Source of the DNA: Candidatus Eremiobacteria bacterium
GTDB lineage: Bacteria; Vulcanimicrobiota; Vulcanimicrobiia; Vulcanimicrobiales; Vulcanimicrobiaceae
Reading direction: 5' to 3'
DNA length: 64,000 nt
Assembly (NCBI GenBank): GCA_963758295.1
Contig: CAVWUU010000001.1
Coordinates: forward strand, 224,001 to 288,000
Part shown: positions 1-13,703 of the stretch, in pieces
How the letters are laid out: every line of letters starts with the position of its first letter
Position numbering within the stretch: the stretch's first letter is position 1
Notes under the pieces: model-generated
The model's input: the letters and a program-made list of their open reading frames with translations, nothing else
What the model was told of the DNA's origin: nothing
Databases searched by the model: none
Program-made: the position numbers and the translations under genes

Positions 1-1
1 G

Positions 2-130
2 AACATCTTCACGTTCTTGTTCCTCGGCGTCGGCGTCTTGGAAGCGTTCCCGATCATCGCGCTCGGTCTCGGCTTCTACTTGCTACTCGTCGTAGCGAAC
101 GTTCCGAACCTGCTCACGCATCTCCACTAA
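2..130 (+). CDS. atpE: ATP synthase Fo subunit c (3' part, truncated by window edge)
   Basis: Manual translation NIFTFLFLGVGVLEAFPIIALGLGFYLLLVVANVPNLLTHLH*; hydrophobic helix with the conserved ion-binding Glu; lies directly upstream of the b subunits. Confidence 0.9.
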   Translation, partial: NIFTFLFLGVGVLEAFPIIALGLGFYLLLVVANVPNLLTHLH

Positions 131-154
131 CACGCTTTAGCCAAAGGCGCACGC

Positions 155-583
155 ATGTTTCTTCAGCTCGACGGCACGTTCTGGATTCAGCTCATCAACT
201 TCGCGATTTTCTTCGCGTTGTTGAACGTGCTGTTCTTGCGTCCGGTGAGCCGTGCAATCCGCCAACGCCGCGAGTACATCAACAGCGTTACCGCGGATTA
301 CGACCGGTATCAGGGCGAAGCCAAGGCGTTGCGCGCGCAGGCTGAGGACGTTCGGCTCGGAGCGCGCCGTCAAGCCGAGGCGACGATCGCCAAGGCGCGA
401 GCCGATGCTTCGAATCAAGCGGCACAGTTGGCAACGCAGTATAATGCGCAGGCTCAGTCGACGATCGAAAGCGCACAAGCGACGGTCGCAAGCGAACTCC
501 AAGCGGCGCGTTCCAATGAATCCGACCTCGTCAAGCAGCTCGCCGACCTGATGGTGCAGCGCACGGTATCGGAGGCCGGCTAA
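155..583 (+). CDS. atpF: ATP synthase Fo subunit b' (b-like)
   Basis: N-terminal TM segment (TFWIQLINFAIFFALLNVLFLRP) followed by an Ala/Gln-rich coiled coil; position in the atp operon. Confidence 0.9.
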   Translation: MFLQLDGTFWIQLINFAIFFALLNVLFLRPVSRAIRQRREYINSVTADYDRYQGEAKALRAQAEDVRLGARRQAEATIAKARADASNQAAQLATQYNAQAQSTIESAQATVASELQAARSNESDLVKQLADLMVQRTVSEAG

Positions 584-1078
584 ATGTTGAACTACGAAGA
601 GATCGCCAAGTGGAGCGATATCGTTTCGGCGATTCTGTTTATCGCCGTGTTGGTATGGCTCTGGGTCAAGTTCATTCAACCTGCGATCGTTGCGGCTCAG
701 CAGAATAAGAACAAGCAAATTGCCGAAGCTGAACGTCATCGCGACGAAGCCAAGGCGACGCTCGAATCGCTCCGCACGGAAATTCAAGGCGCGCAGCGCG
801 ACGCCGAATTAATCCGTCACCGCGCCGACGACCAGGCGAAACGCGAAGCTGAGGCGATCGTCGCCGAAACGCGTGAGGCGGGTGAACGCACTCTGCGTAA
901 CGCAAGCGGCGAACTCGATCGCGCTCGCGCGGCCGCTCGCCGGCAGTTCCGCGACCAACTCGCGGAAGCGGCCCTTGCGCTCGCGCGCAAGAACGCCGAA
1001 GAGCGCGTGGATGGCAGCGTAAACGCGGGTCTCGTGCAGCGGTTCGTCTCTTCTTTGGAACGCGGTGGTCTGAACTAA
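584..1078 (+). CDS. atpF: ATP synthase Fo subunit b
   Basis: TM helix plus charged coiled coil; second b-type gene, just before atpH. Confidence 0.9.
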   Translation: MLNYEEIAKWSDIVSAILFIAVLVWLWVKFIQPAIVAAQQNKNKQIAEAERHRDEAKATLESLRTEIQGAQRDAELIRHRADDQAKREAEAIVAETREAGERTLRNASGELDRARAAARRQFRDQLAEAALALARKNAEERVDGSVNAGLVQRFVSSLERGGLN

Positions 1079-1620
1079 TGGCAAACGAAACGCTCGCCCG
1101 CCGCTATGCCACCGCCGTCTTCTCGCTTGCGAGCGAAAACGGCTCGACCGAACGCGTCGGCAAGGATCTCTCGGTGATGGCGAAGGCGATCAACGAAGAC
1201 ACCGCCACCAAGGAATTTTTCGTGGCGCCGATCGTCGACCGTGGCGATAAAGAAAAAGCGCTCTTCGCCGCCTTCAACGGGAAGGTCGACGAAGTGGCGC
1301 TTAACACGCTGCTGTTGCTGGTGCGCAAGCGCCGGGAAACGTTGTTGGACCAACTGCTTGCCGAGTACCGCAAGCTTGAACTCCAAGCGCGCGGCGCGGA
1401 ACCGCTTACGATTACCACGGCGCGCGAACTGCCGCAGAGCGAGCTTCGCTCGATGGTCGAGCGCCTGGAGCAGCTCTACAAGAAGAAATTTGACGTTACC
1501 GTGCGCCGCGATGCATCGCTCATCGGTGGTGTACGCATTGCGATGGGCGATCGTTTAATCGACGGCACCGTCGCCGGACGCTTGGAAGAACTGTCGCGAA
1601 CGCTGTTCGCCACCAATTAG
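1078..1620 (+). CDS. atpH: ATP synthase F1 subunit delta
   Basis: ARRYATAVF and DASLIGGVRIAMGDRLIDGTV motifs. Confidence 0.95.
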   Translation: MANETLARRYATAVFSLASENGSTERVGKDLSVMAKAINEDTATKEFFVAPIVDRGDKEKALFAAFNGKVDEVALNTLLLLVRKRRETLLDQLLAEYRKLELQARGAEPLTITTARELPQSELRSMVERLEQLYKKKFDVTVRRDASLIGGVRIAMGDRLIDGTVAGRLEELSRTLFATN

Positions 1621-1651
1621 TAAAATGAAAACAAATCGGAGCGCCTTTTAA

Positions 1652-3150
1652 ATGATTAACGCTGACGAAATCGCCGGAATCCTGAAGCAGCAAATTGCCG
1701 GCTTCAAGGGTCAAGTTCAAGAAGACGAAGTTGGGACCGTCATCGAGGTCGGTGCAAATCTTGCGCGCGTCTACGGACTGCGCGGAGTGCGCGCATCCGA
1801 GCTGGTCGAGTTCGGCAACGGCCTCTTGGGCGTTGCGCTCAACCTCGAAGAAGACAACGTCGGCGTCGTCATCATGGGCGACGACGAAGACATCAAGGAA
1901 GGCGACAAAGTCCGCCGCACGGGACGCATCGCGTCCGTGCCGGTAGGCGAAGCGCTTCTTGGACGTGTCGTCAACCCGCTCGGCCAGCCGGTCGACGGCA
2001 AAGGGCCGATCAACACCAGCAAGTTCCGCACGATCGAAAACGTCGCGCCCTCCGTCGTTGAACGTCAACCGGTCAAACAGTCGCTGGCGACCGGTATTCG
2101 TGCCATCGACGCCTTGATTCCGATCGGCAAGGGCCAGCGAGAACTCATTATCGGCGACCGGTCGACGGGCAAAACGGCGATCGCCATCGACACGATTCTC
2201 AATCAAAAGGGCCGCAACGTTTTCTGCATCTACGTCGCCATCGGTCAAAAGAATTCGACCATCGCGGCATTGCAGCAAATTCTCGAACAGCGCGGCGCGA
2301 TGGATTACACGACGATCGTTACGGTCGGTCCGTCGGAAGCCGCAGCGCTTCGCTGGATCGCGCCGTTCGCCGGCGCGGCGATGGGCGAAGAACTTATGTA
2401 CGGCGGTAAAGACGTCCTCATCATTTACGATGACCTCACGAAGCACGCGCAGTCGTACCGCGAAATGGCGCTTCTGCTGCGCCGTCCGCCGGGGCGCGAA
2501 GCGTATCCGGGCGACGTCTTCTTCTTGCACTCGCGTTTGCTGGAACGCGCGGCCAAACTCTCCGACGAGCTGGGCGGCGGCTCTATGACGGCGCTTCCGA
2601 TCATCGAAACGCAAGCCGGAGATTTCTCGGCGTATATTCCGACCAACGTGATTTCGATTACCGACGGTCAGATCTATCTCACGCCGAGCCTGTTCTTCCA
2701 AGGCATCCGTCCTGCGGTCGACGTCGGTCTTTCGGTGTCGCGCGTTGGCAGTTCGGCGCAGACCAAGGCGATGAAGTCGGTCGCCGGCCAATTGAAGCTC
2801 GAGCTGGCGCAGTATCGCGATCTTGCGGCTTTTGCGAAACTCGCAAGCGACCTCGACAAAGCGACGCAGATGCAGCTGCTGCGCGGTGAAAAGCTCACCG
2901 AGCTCCTCAAGCAGCCGCAGTATCAGCCGCAGGCGATCGAAGATCAAGTCGCGGTGCTCTACGGCGCCACCAAAGGCTTCGTGAACGACATAGCGACGAG
3001 CCGCTTGCAGAACTGGGCGCAAGGCTTCATCGGCTTCCTCCACGAGAAGCACGCTTCCATCACGAACTCGATCGCGGAGAGCGGCCAGCTTTCGGACGAC
3101 GTGAAGAAAGAGCTAGACGCCGCGCTCACGGAATTCAATAAGAGCTTCTA

Positions 3151-3151
<1 letters not shown>
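1652..3151 (+). CDS. atpA: ATP synthase F1 subunit alpha
   Basis: [41 protein letters not shown]. Confidence 0.99.
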
Positions 3152-5530
<2,379 letters not shown>

Positions 5531-5533
5531 TCG

Positions 5534-5944
5534 ATGGCGCATACGATCCCGTTCAAGCTCATCACGCCGACGAAGATCGCCTTCGAGGGCGATGCGGAGC
5601 TCGTGATCGCGGTCACCACCGAAGGCGAAGAGGGCATCCTTCCCTCGCACGCGCCGTTTCTTGCGGCGCTGAAGCCGGGCGTGCTGCGAGCCAACGTCGT
5701 TGAAGCCGGCGGCGACAAACGCCTGGAGCTGGCGACGAGTGAAGGCTTCATGCAGGCGCTGCCGGACCGCATTACGGTACTCGTGGATGCGGCACTGGCC
5801 TTCGAGGACGTGGATGTTGCCGGGACGCGGGAAGAACTCGCGATCGCAACCGAGCGTCAGAAGAATGCAAGCGGGGAAGAGTTCGCGCGAGAGCAAGCGA
5901 TCATCGACTTCGCCAACGCAAAACTGCGTTTAACGGGTCACTAG
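5534..5944 (+). CDS. atpC: ATP synthase F1 subunit epsilon
   Basis: EGEEGILPSHAPFL motif; last gene of the operon. Confidence 0.95.
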   Translation: MAHTIPFKLITPTKIAFEGDAELVIAVTTEGEEGILPSHAPFLAALKPGVLRANVVEAGGDKRLELATSEGFMQALPDRITVLVDAALAFEDVDVAGTREELAIATERQKNASGEEFAREQAIIDFANAKLRLTGH

Positions 5945-5948
5945 TATC

Positions 5949-6032
5949 GTCACCCTGAGCTGGTCGAAGGGCAGGCGCATCACCCGTCTGCTACGGCGAT
6001 ATGCGCCCGTGCTTCGACAATCTCACCATGAC
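5949..6032. repeat. REP-like imperfect palindrome downstream of atpC
   Basis: Arms GTCACCCTGAGCTGGTCGAAG and CTTCGACAATCTCACCATGAC, with inner GCGCAT/ATGCGC pairing. Confidence 0.6.
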
Positions 6033-6076
6033 AAAGAAAGCCGCTAGATTCCGGCGGAATACGGCCGAAAATATAA

Positions 6077-6109
6077 GCGGGGCGCACTCATGCGCCCCGC
6101 GAACGTTTT
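6077..6109 (+). terminator. GC-rich hairpin, possible terminator of the atp operon
   Basis: Perfect 10-bp stem GCGGGGCGCA-ctca-TGCGCCCCGC followed by gaacgTTTT (weak U tract). Confidence 0.5.
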
Positions 6110-6117
6110 GTGACGGG

Positions 6118-7473
6118 ATGCTCGATCGCTTAGAAACCACGCTGCGCGTCCGCGGCGGATCTCGGTTAGAAGGCTCGGTTGCAACGCATGGCGCGAAAAA
6201 CGCCGCGTTGCCGATCATGGCTGCTGCATTGCTGGCGAAGGGCACCGTTACGCTGCGCCGCGTGCCTCGCATTACCGACGTCTCCGTAATGTGGTCGTTG
6301 CTCGAAGCGCTTGGCGCTCGCATCCGCTACGAAACCGATAACACCGTAACGATCGACTCGAGCAACGTTGCGTCGTATCGCGCACCGTACACGCTCGTCC
6401 GCAAACTCGCCGCTTCGTTCGACATCGTCGGACCGCTGCTCGGCCGGTTCGGCCGCGCCGAAGTGCCGTTGCCCGGCGGCTGCGTGCTCGGGACGCGCGC
6501 AACGGACATGCACGAGCAGGCTTTTGCGGCGCTCGGCTGCGACGTTCGCAACGCGCACGGCTACCTGATCGCCGAAAGCAAACAATCACGCTTGCAAGGC
6601 GGCTCGATCGAATTTCGCATTCCGAGCGTCGGCGCAACGAAGAACGCAATGCTTGCGGCGGTGCTCGCCGACGGCACGACGACGATTACCAACGCCGCGA
6701 TGGAACCCGAAGTTACGGATCTCGCGAACTTTCTCAATGCCATGGGCGGACGCGTGCAAGGCGCCGGCACCGACGTCATTCGCATCGACGGCGTTGCCGA
6801 ATTGCATGGCGGCGAATACGAAATCATTCCCGATCGCATCGTCACGGGAACGCTGTTGCTTTGCGGACTGGCGACGCGCGGCGACGTAACGGTTACGAGC
6901 TGCCGCCCCGACCATCTCGAAGCGTTCATGATGAAGCTGCAAGAGTGCGGCGTCGACCTTACGTACGGTGACGACTGGGTTCGCGTAGACGGCGGCACGA
7001 TCACCGGCGGCACCGATATTCTCACCGCACCGCATCCGGGTTTTCCAACGGATCTGCAGCCGCAGATGGTGTCGTTTTTGTGCACCGTTCCGGGCACGAG
7101 CGTCGTCGAGGAATCGATTTTCAACGCGCGCTTCTCGTACGTCAACGAACTCGCGCGCATGGGTGCCGACGTTCGCGTCTCGATGGAAAGTAATACCGCC
7201 GTCGTTAAAGGCGTAACGCAGCTTTCCGGCGCGCCCGTGGAGGCGCCCGATATTCGTGCGGGCGCGGCCCTCGTCGTGGCGGGTTTGGCAGCAGCAGGCG
7301 AGACCGAAATCATCGGCCTCGAGTACATAGATCGCGGCTACGAGCGCTTGGAAGAAATGTTATCTTCGCTTGGCGCGCAAGTGCAACGCAGCAGCGGCGT
7401 AACGCCGTTGACGGAGCCTGCGGGCCTTTTCGAAACGCGCGAATATCCACGCATCGGCTCGGCGGCGAGCTAA
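6118..7473 (+). CDS. murA: UDP-N-acetylglucosamine 1-carboxyvinyltransferase
   Basis: GAKNAALP, LPGGCVLG (active-site Cys), PHPGFPTDLQ, IDRGYE; start moved to ATG 6118. Confidence 0.97.
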   Translation: MLDRLETTLRVRGGSRLEGSVATHGAKNAALPIMAAALLAKGTVTLRRVPRITDVSVMWSLLEALGARIRYETDNTVTIDSSNVASYRAPYTLVRKLAASFDIVGPLLGRFGRAEVPLPGGCVLGTRATDMHEQAFAALGCDVRNAHGYLIAESKQSRLQGGSIEFRIPSVGATKNAMLAAVLADGTTTITNAAMEPEVTDLANFLNAMGGRVQGAGTDVIRIDGVAELHGGEYEIIPDRIVTGTLLLCGLATRGDVTVTSCRPDHLEAFMMKLQECGVDLTYGDDWVRVDGGTITGGTDILTAPHPGFPTDLQPQMVSFLCTVPGTSVVEESIFNARFSYVNELARMGADVRVSMESNTAVVKGVTQLSGAPVEAPDIRAGAALVVAGLAAAGETEIIGLEYIDRGYERLEEMLSSLGAQVQRSSGVTPLTEPAGLFETREYPRIGSAAS

Positions 7474-7498
7474 GAAACAACGTTCCACAGTACACTAG

Positions 7499-8497
<999 letters not shown>

Positions 8498-8516
8498 GAA
8501 TAGAGGGAACCCAACT

Positions 8517-8571
8517 GAGGCGTCGAGCTGCGGGCAGCTCAGCCGAGGCGTCGTAGCTGCGGGCGGCTCAG
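8517..8571. repeat. Imperfect intergenic tandem duplication (26/27 nt)
   Basis: GAGGCGTCG-AGCTGCGGGCAGCTCAG (8517-8542) and GAGGCGTCGTAGCTGCGGGCGGCTCAG (8545-8571). Confidence 0.75.
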
Positions 8572-8595
8572 GCTCAAGTGGGTACGACCCATGCA

Positions 8596-9261
8596 ATGAG
8601 CATTCGAGCGGTGATCGATGCGCGTACCGAGCGCATCGAGCATGTCGTGGAAGAGTGCGCTCGCGTTATCTTTGCGGGCGGCACGATCATCTTCCCGAAC
8701 GACACAAGTTACGGCATTGCGTGCGACCCGTATCGCTCCGAAGCGATCGATCGGGTCTACGGCGCGAAGGGCCGTCCCGATGACAAGCCGCTCACGCTGC
8801 ACGTGGCAACGCCTTCGGAGTTTCTCGAGTACGCGCGCGAAAATTCACACGCGATTCTGGCCTCCAAGCGCTTGCTGCCCGGTCCGGTCACGCTCGTCGT
8901 GCGCAAACCGCCGTTCGTCAGCGACGAGCTGACCGCCGGGATGCCCACGCTGGGCTTTCGCGTCCCGGATGAACCGCTTGCGCGCGCAATCTTGGATCGT
9001 TGTGGTCCGCTCGCGGTTTCGAGCGCGAATCCGAGCGGTGAAACACCGTACCGCGGTAACGACGGCCAAGCAGCCGATCTTCCACCTGCCGATTTGCTAA
9101 TCGAGCATGGTCCGACCCGCTACGACCTCGAATCATCGATCGTGGACTTAACGGTCAACCCGCCGCGCCTTCTTCGCGAAGGCGCCGTCTCGCTCGAACG
9201 GCTCTCGGAACTGCTGGGGCCCGTGGAACGTCATACGATTAAGGTACGCACGCAATCATGA
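8596..9261 (+). CDS. tsaC: L-threonylcarbamoyladenylate synthase (Sua5/YrdC family)
   Basis: FPNDTSYGI, KGRPDDKPL, PGPVT, SSANPSG, LLREGA. Confidence 0.88.
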   Translation: MSIRAVIDARTERIEHVVEECARVIFAGGTIIFPNDTSYGIACDPYRSEAIDRVYGAKGRPDDKPLTLHVATPSEFLEYARENSHAILASKRLLPGPVTLVVRKPPFVSDELTAGMPTLGFRVPDEPLARAILDRCGPLAVSSANPSGETPYRGNDGQAADLPPADLLIEHGPTRYDLESSIVDLTVNPPRLLREGAVSLERLSELLGPVERHTIKVRTQS

Positions 9262-9947
9262 TTCGATCCATCGCCCCGCTCGCGCTGGCCGTTGTGGCGT
9301 TGCTCGCCGCCACGCCGAAACCGTCTCCCGCGCCGTCCGGCGGCAGCGGGACGAATTTCGACGTAGGCGCGTGGCACGTCCAGGCATCGCTCCTCGACGT
9401 CAGTTTCAAAACCGGCGATTTCAGCACGCCCAATCAAGTGACGATGACGCGGGAAGGCGGCGATATCACGGCAGATCGCGCGACCGGCAACTACAAGACG
9501 AAGAACGCGACGCTCGTCGGACACGTGGTCATGCACGACAGCCAGGGGAATTTCGCGGGGCTCTCGTCGACAACGCCGTCGAATTCCCGGGGGCCTTCGA
9601 CGTTGACCGCGGATCGAGTGCAAATCGACGGGCTGGCCAAGCAGTATGCGGCCACCGGCCACGTCCATTACGTGCAAGCCGATACTACGGTCGATGCCGA
9701 TAAAGGCACGCTAAACGATGCACAGCACGACCTGTACCTCGAAGGCAACGTGCACATCAATCAAGGCGATCGCACGATGGTCGCCGGTCGCGTGCGCTAC
9801 AACACGATTAGCGGTCAAGCGCACGCGCAAGACAACGTAACGATGCAATTCCCAAGCGAAATCAACCCGCACATCGCGACGCCGAGGCCCATCAAGATTC
9901 ACAACCCGCTGCAAAAAGCGACGCCGCAGCCATCGGCTAAGCCATAA
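9258..9947 (+). CDS. Exported LptA/OstA-like beta-jellyroll protein
   Basis: Signal peptide; repeated ITADRA / LTADRV / LxGxVxI beta motifs. Confidence 0.7.
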   Translation: MIRSIAPLALAVVALLAATPKPSPAPSGGSGTNFDVGAWHVQASLLDVSFKTGDFSTPNQVTMTREGGDITADRATGNYKTKNATLVGHVVMHDSQGNFAGLSSTTPSNSRGPSTLTADRVQIDGLAKQYAATGHVHYVQADTTVDADKGTLNDAQHDLYLEGNVHINQGDRTMVAGRVRYNTISGQAHAQDNVTMQFPSEINPHIATPRPIKIHNPLQKATPQPSAKP

Positions 9948-9957
9948 AGTAGAGTCT

Positions 9958-11244
9958 ATGGAACCGACGCTCTTCGGTGCGCAAATGCCGCAAACCAAGG
10001 CGTCGCGGGAGCCCGCCGCAGATGCGCCTCTTGCCGCCCGCATGCGGCCGCGAACGCTCGACGAGTACGTCGGACAAGGCGATATCGTGGGTCCGGGTCG
10101 TGCCTTGCGCCGCGCGATCGAAAGCGACCGCGTGCCGTCGATGATTCTTTGGGGACCGCCGGGGACCGGAAAGACGACGCTTGCAGAGATTGTCGCGCGT
10201 TCGACCGGATCGCATTTCTCGCAGCTTTCTGCCGTAAGCGCCGGCGTGGCCGATTTGCGCAAGGTCGTAGCAGAAGCGCAGGCGAGAAAGAAACTCAGCC
10301 AGCGGAGCGTGCTCTTCGTCGATGAGATCCATCGCTTCAACAAAGCGCAACAAGACGCGGTCCTTCCCTATGTCGAGGACGGAACGGTGACCCTCATCGG
10401 AGCGACGACGGAAAATCCGTCGTTCGAAGTAAACTCCGCGTTGCTTTCACGCGCGCGTGTTTTTGTTTTGAAACAGCTTGGGGACGAAGAGATCGCAGCG
10501 ATCGTCGATCGTGCGTTAAACGATGACGCTCGCGGGCTGGGTGCAATGCATGTCCGGGTTGATGCGGATGGGCGCGAAACGCTGATCCGTTATGCAAACG
10601 GCGATGCGCGTACCGCATTGAACGCGCTCGAATTCGCTGCGCAGACGGCGCCCGAACGCGACGGTGCGCGCACGATCGATAAAGCGCTTGTCATGGAAGC
10701 GTTGCAAAAGCGCGGGTCGACCTATGACAAGGGCGGCGAACAACACTACGATACGATCAGTGCATTCATCAAGAGCATCCGCGCGAGCGATCCGGATGCG
10801 GCCGTATATTGGCTTGCGCGAATGATAGACGGCGGTGAAGACGGCTTATTTATCGCCCGGCGGCTTGTCATTCTCGCATCCGAAGACGTGGGTCTCGCCG
10901 ATCCGCAAGGCATCCAGGTCGCAATGGCCGCGCAACAAGCGGTGCACTTCGTCGGTATGCCCGAAGGCTTCTATCCCCTTGCGCAGGCGACGTTGTATTT
11001 GGCCAAGGCTCGAAAGAGCAATAGTGTGGGCCGCGCCTACGGGGCTGCGATGCGGGACGTTCAGGAAACGCGAAATGATCCGGTGCCTTTGCATCTTCGC
11101 AACGCACCGACCGGTCTCATGAAAGAGCTAGGGTACGGCCGCGACTACCACTACGCGCACGATGATTATGGTGTGAAACAAGACAATCTGCCGGAAAATT
11201 TGAAGGGCCGCCGTTACTACGAAGCCGGCGAAAACGACGCCTAA
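9958..11244 (+). CDS. rarA: Replication-associated recombination protein A (MgsA)
   Basis: [49 protein letters not shown]. Confidence 0.97.
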   Translation: MEPTLFGAQMPQTKASREPAADAPLAARMRPRTLDEYVGQGDIVGPGRALRRAIESDRVPSMILWGPPGTGKTTLAEIVARSTGSHFSQLSAVSAGVADLRKVVAEAQARKKLSQRSVLFVDEIHRFNKAQQDAVLPYVEDGTVTLIGATTENPSFEVNSALLSRARVFVLKQLGDEEIAAIVDRALNDDARGLGAMHVRVDADGRETLIRYANGDARTALNALEFAAQTAPERDGARTIDKALVMEALQKRGSTYDKGGEQHYDTISAFIKSIRASDPDAAVYWLARMIDGGEDGLFIARRLVILASEDVGLADPQGIQVAMAAQQAVHFVGMPEGFYPLAQATLYLAKARKSNSVGRAYGAAMRDVQETRNDPVPLHLRNAPTGLMKELGYGRDYHYAHDDYGVKQDNLPENLKGRRYYEAGENDA

Positions 11245-11253
11245 ACCGGAAAT

Positions 11254-11285
11254 AAAAAAGCGGCCCGGGTGGTGGCCCGGACCGC
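11254..11285 (-). terminator. Intrinsic terminator on the minus strand
   Basis: Minus strand reads GCGGTCCGGG-ccacca-CCCGGGCCGC-TTTTTT; the G.U pair forms only on the minus strand. Confidence 0.7.
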
Positions 11286-11375
11286 GTTCCCGTTGCTACT
11301 TCTCGGAGTGTGCAATGGAGCTTCGCACAACCATCATGGTAGACACGCTTCTTGATAACTCTCTGTGAATATTAG

Positions 11376-12566
11376 ATGACTTCACGCATTTATCTCGACT
11401 ATGCAGCCACGACGCCCGTCGATCCCGGCGTGCTCGAAGCGATGCTGCCCTTTTTTTCGCAGAGCGGTTACAACCCGAGCTCGCTGCATGCCGAGGGCCG
11501 CGCGGCGCGAGCAGCCTTGGACGATGCACGCGACCGCGTAGCTCGCGCGCTCAACGCCAAGCGTAAGGAGATCGTCTTCGTCGGAAGCGGCTCCGAGGCT
11601 GATAACCAGGCGATCCTGGGTGTCGCGCGCGCGGCTCGCGAGCGCGGGCGACACGTCGTGTCGACGGCCATCGAGCATCACGCCGTGCTGCATGCGTTGG
11701 ATGCGCTTGCCGCCGAAGGATTTGAGATTACCTTGCTTCCGGTCGACGATCGCGGCCTGGTGAATCCAGCGGCGTTCGAACGCGGGCTGCGTGACGATAC
11801 GGTTCTTGCGACGGTGATGTACGCAAACAACGAGATCGGCGTCGTGCAGCCAATTCCCGAGCTTGCGGCGATCGCCCGCCGCAAAGGCGTGCTGTTTCAT
11901 ACCGACGCCGTGCAAGCTCCGGGGTGGCTCCCGCTCGACGTGCAACGGCTCGGCGTCGATTTGCTTTCGATCTCGGCGCACAAGTTTTACGGGCCGAAGG
12001 GCGCCGGCGCACTGTACGCTCGCGAGGGCGTCCCAATGCAGGCGTTGATTCACGGGGGCGGTCAAGAATTCGGGCGGCGGTCCGGAACGGAAAACGTTGC
12101 AGGCATCGTCGGGCTTTCCGTCGCGCTGGAAAAGGCGGTTGCCGAGCAGCCGGCGCGAGCCGAACGCATCGCCGGCCTGCGCGACCGGCTTCAGGCCGGC
12201 ATCGAGTCGGCAATCCCAGACGTTCGCGTGAACGGCTCTGGTGCCCAACGAATGCCGAATAACGCCAACATATCGTTTGCCGGCGCGGACTCGGAGTCGT
12301 TGCTGATGCGGCTGGACCTGGAAGGGCTTGCCGTGAGCGCCGGTAGCGCGTGTACCTCCGGTGTACTCGAGCCAAGCCACGTCATTTCCGCGCTTGGTAT
12401 CGACCCCCGTTGGCACGAAGCCGTTATTCGTTTCTCGCTCGGCGCAGGAACGAGCGAACAAGAAATCGAGCGAGTCCTTGAGCTAGTTCCACGTGTAGTG
12501 GAAGCCATTCGCGGGAATAAGGGAAGCGCTCGAAAGCTACCGTCGCGAGAGGGAGTAGAGTTGTGA
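11376..12566 (+). CDS. iscS: Cysteine desulfurase (IscS/NifS group I)
   Basis: YLDYAATTP, HTDAVQA, SAHKFYGPKG (PLP Lys), SAGSACTSG. Confidence 0.95.
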   Translation: MTSRIYLDYAATTPVDPGVLEAMLPFFSQSGYNPSSLHAEGRAARAALDDARDRVARALNAKRKEIVFVGSGSEADNQAILGVARAARERGRHVVSTAIEHHAVLHALDALAAEGFEITLLPVDDRGLVNPAAFERGLRDDTVLATVMYANNEIGVVQPIPELAAIARRKGVLFHTDAVQAPGWLPLDVQRLGVDLLSISAHKFYGPKGAGALYAREGVPMQALIHGGGQEFGRRSGTENVAGIVGLSVALEKAVAEQPARAERIAGLRDRLQAGIESAIPDVRVNGSGAQRMPNNANISFAGADSESLLMRLDLEGLAVSAGSACTSGVLEPSHVISALGIDPRWHEAVIRFSLGAGTSEQEIERVLELVPRVVEAIRGNKGSARKLPSREGVEL

Positions 12567-13006
12567 GCGGGATCGATTGGTCGATCGTACTAGACATCGG
12601 CGTAGGCGTCGGCGTCCTTTTGATGGGCGTCGGCATTTTCGTGGCGATGCTCGCCTTGGCAAAAACGTTCGGCCGGCTCAACGGCACGCTGGACGAGGTG
12701 GACCGGCAGATCGCCACGCTTGGAAAGCCGGTCGGAGAGACTTTGGAACACGTGGGCGGCATCGCCGATACCGCGGATCAGACGCTCGCGCGCCTTTCAG
12801 GCGTCGTGAAGTCTTTGGAAGACGTCGCGGGCTCCGTCTCGCATACGGCGGGTCTGACAAAAGACGCACTTTCGCCGGCGATAGTAAACGTCGGAGCGAC
12901 AATCACGGGCGTTTCCGCGGGTTTACGGAGGCTCGTCACGGGAAGAAAGTCAGCAGACGATGGATTGCGCGAAGCGCAACCCCCGGGAGACGCTTTAGAT
13001 GGATAA
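12563..13006 (+). CDS. DUF948/YtxG-like membrane-anchored coiled-coil protein
   Basis: N-terminal TM segment plus heptad-rich helix; paired with a YtxH-like gene. Confidence 0.7.
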   Translation: MSGIDWSIVLDIGVGVGVLLMGVGIFVAMLALAKTFGRLNGTLDEVDRQIATLGKPVGETLEHVGGIADTADQTLARLSGVVKSLEDVAGSVSHTAGLTKDALSPAIVNVGATITGVSAGLRRLVTGRKSADDGLREAQPPGDALDG

Positions 13007-13346
13007 CGAGAATCGCGGCGGTGGTTTTTTCGCCGGGTTCCTGCTTGGCGCCATCGTTGGTGGCGCCGTCGCCGTGCTCTTGACGCAAGAAGAGACGCGC
13101 GATCTTTTGGTTGGAAAAGCCCGTGAAGCGGGTAACTTTGCGGTGGACGCTACCGGCGACTTGCGCGGTCGCGTTACCGACGTTACCTCGCAATGGCAAG
13201 ACAGTGCGGCCGATCTCTACGAGCGCGGCCGTCAAGTAGTTGAAAATGCGCGATCGAACATCGACGCTGCGGTGGTCGAAGGAAATGAAACGGCCGATCG
13301 CACGCGCGACGACCTGCAGCGTAAAGCCGACGCATCGGAACTATAG
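12999..13346 (+). CDS. YtxH-domain protein
   Basis: FFAGFLLGAIVGGAVAVLL followed by ETRDLL. Confidence 0.8.
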   Translation: MDNENRGGGFFAGFLLGAIVGGAVAVLLTQEETRDLLVGKAREAGNFAVDATGDLRGRVTDVTSQWQDSAADLYERGRQVVENARSNIDAAVVEGNETADRTRDDLQRKADASEL

Positions 13347-13358
13347 GAGTAGAAGTCT

Positions 13359-13703
13359 TTGGATATCAAGGTGAACGTGCGCGAAGCACAAGGTGACTGC
13401 TATGTCGTCGACCTCGGTGGCGAGATCGACGTGTATACGTCGCCCAAGGTGAAAGATGCCATCGGCGAGCTAATCGATCGCGGGGTCTACCACCTCGTTA
13501 TCAATCTCGAAAAGGTTCGCTACATCGATTCGACCGGACTCGGCGTTTTGATCGGCGGACTCAAGCGCGTGCGCGAGCACGGGGGTTCCGTTAATCTCGT
13601 ATGCACGAATCCGCAAATCAAGAAGATTTTCGACATTACCGGGCTCGTGAAAATTTTTGGCATCTTCGAAAGTGAAGATGCGGCGATGAAGGCTTTGGTG
13701 TGA
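13359..13703 (+). CDS. rsbV: STAS anti-anti-sigma factor (RsbV/SpoIIAA)
   Basis: GEIDVYTSP, YIDSTGLGVL (phospho-Ser); TTG start with AGGAG RBS. Confidence 0.93.
   Translation: MDIKVNVREAQGDCYVVDLGGEIDVYTSPKVKDAIGELIDRGVYHLVINLEKVRYIDSTGLGVLIGGLKRVREHGGSVNLVCTNPQIKKIFDITGLVKIFGIFESEDAAMKALV

Noticed and set aside
6001..6117. N-terminal extension of MurA given in the ORF track
   Set aside because: It runs through the palindrome and hairpin; MurA similarity begins after ATG 6118
8596..9261. TsaC inactivated (PNDTSY instead of PTETVY)
   Set aside because: The KxR and SxN motifs are intact, and the changes are too modest to claim loss of function
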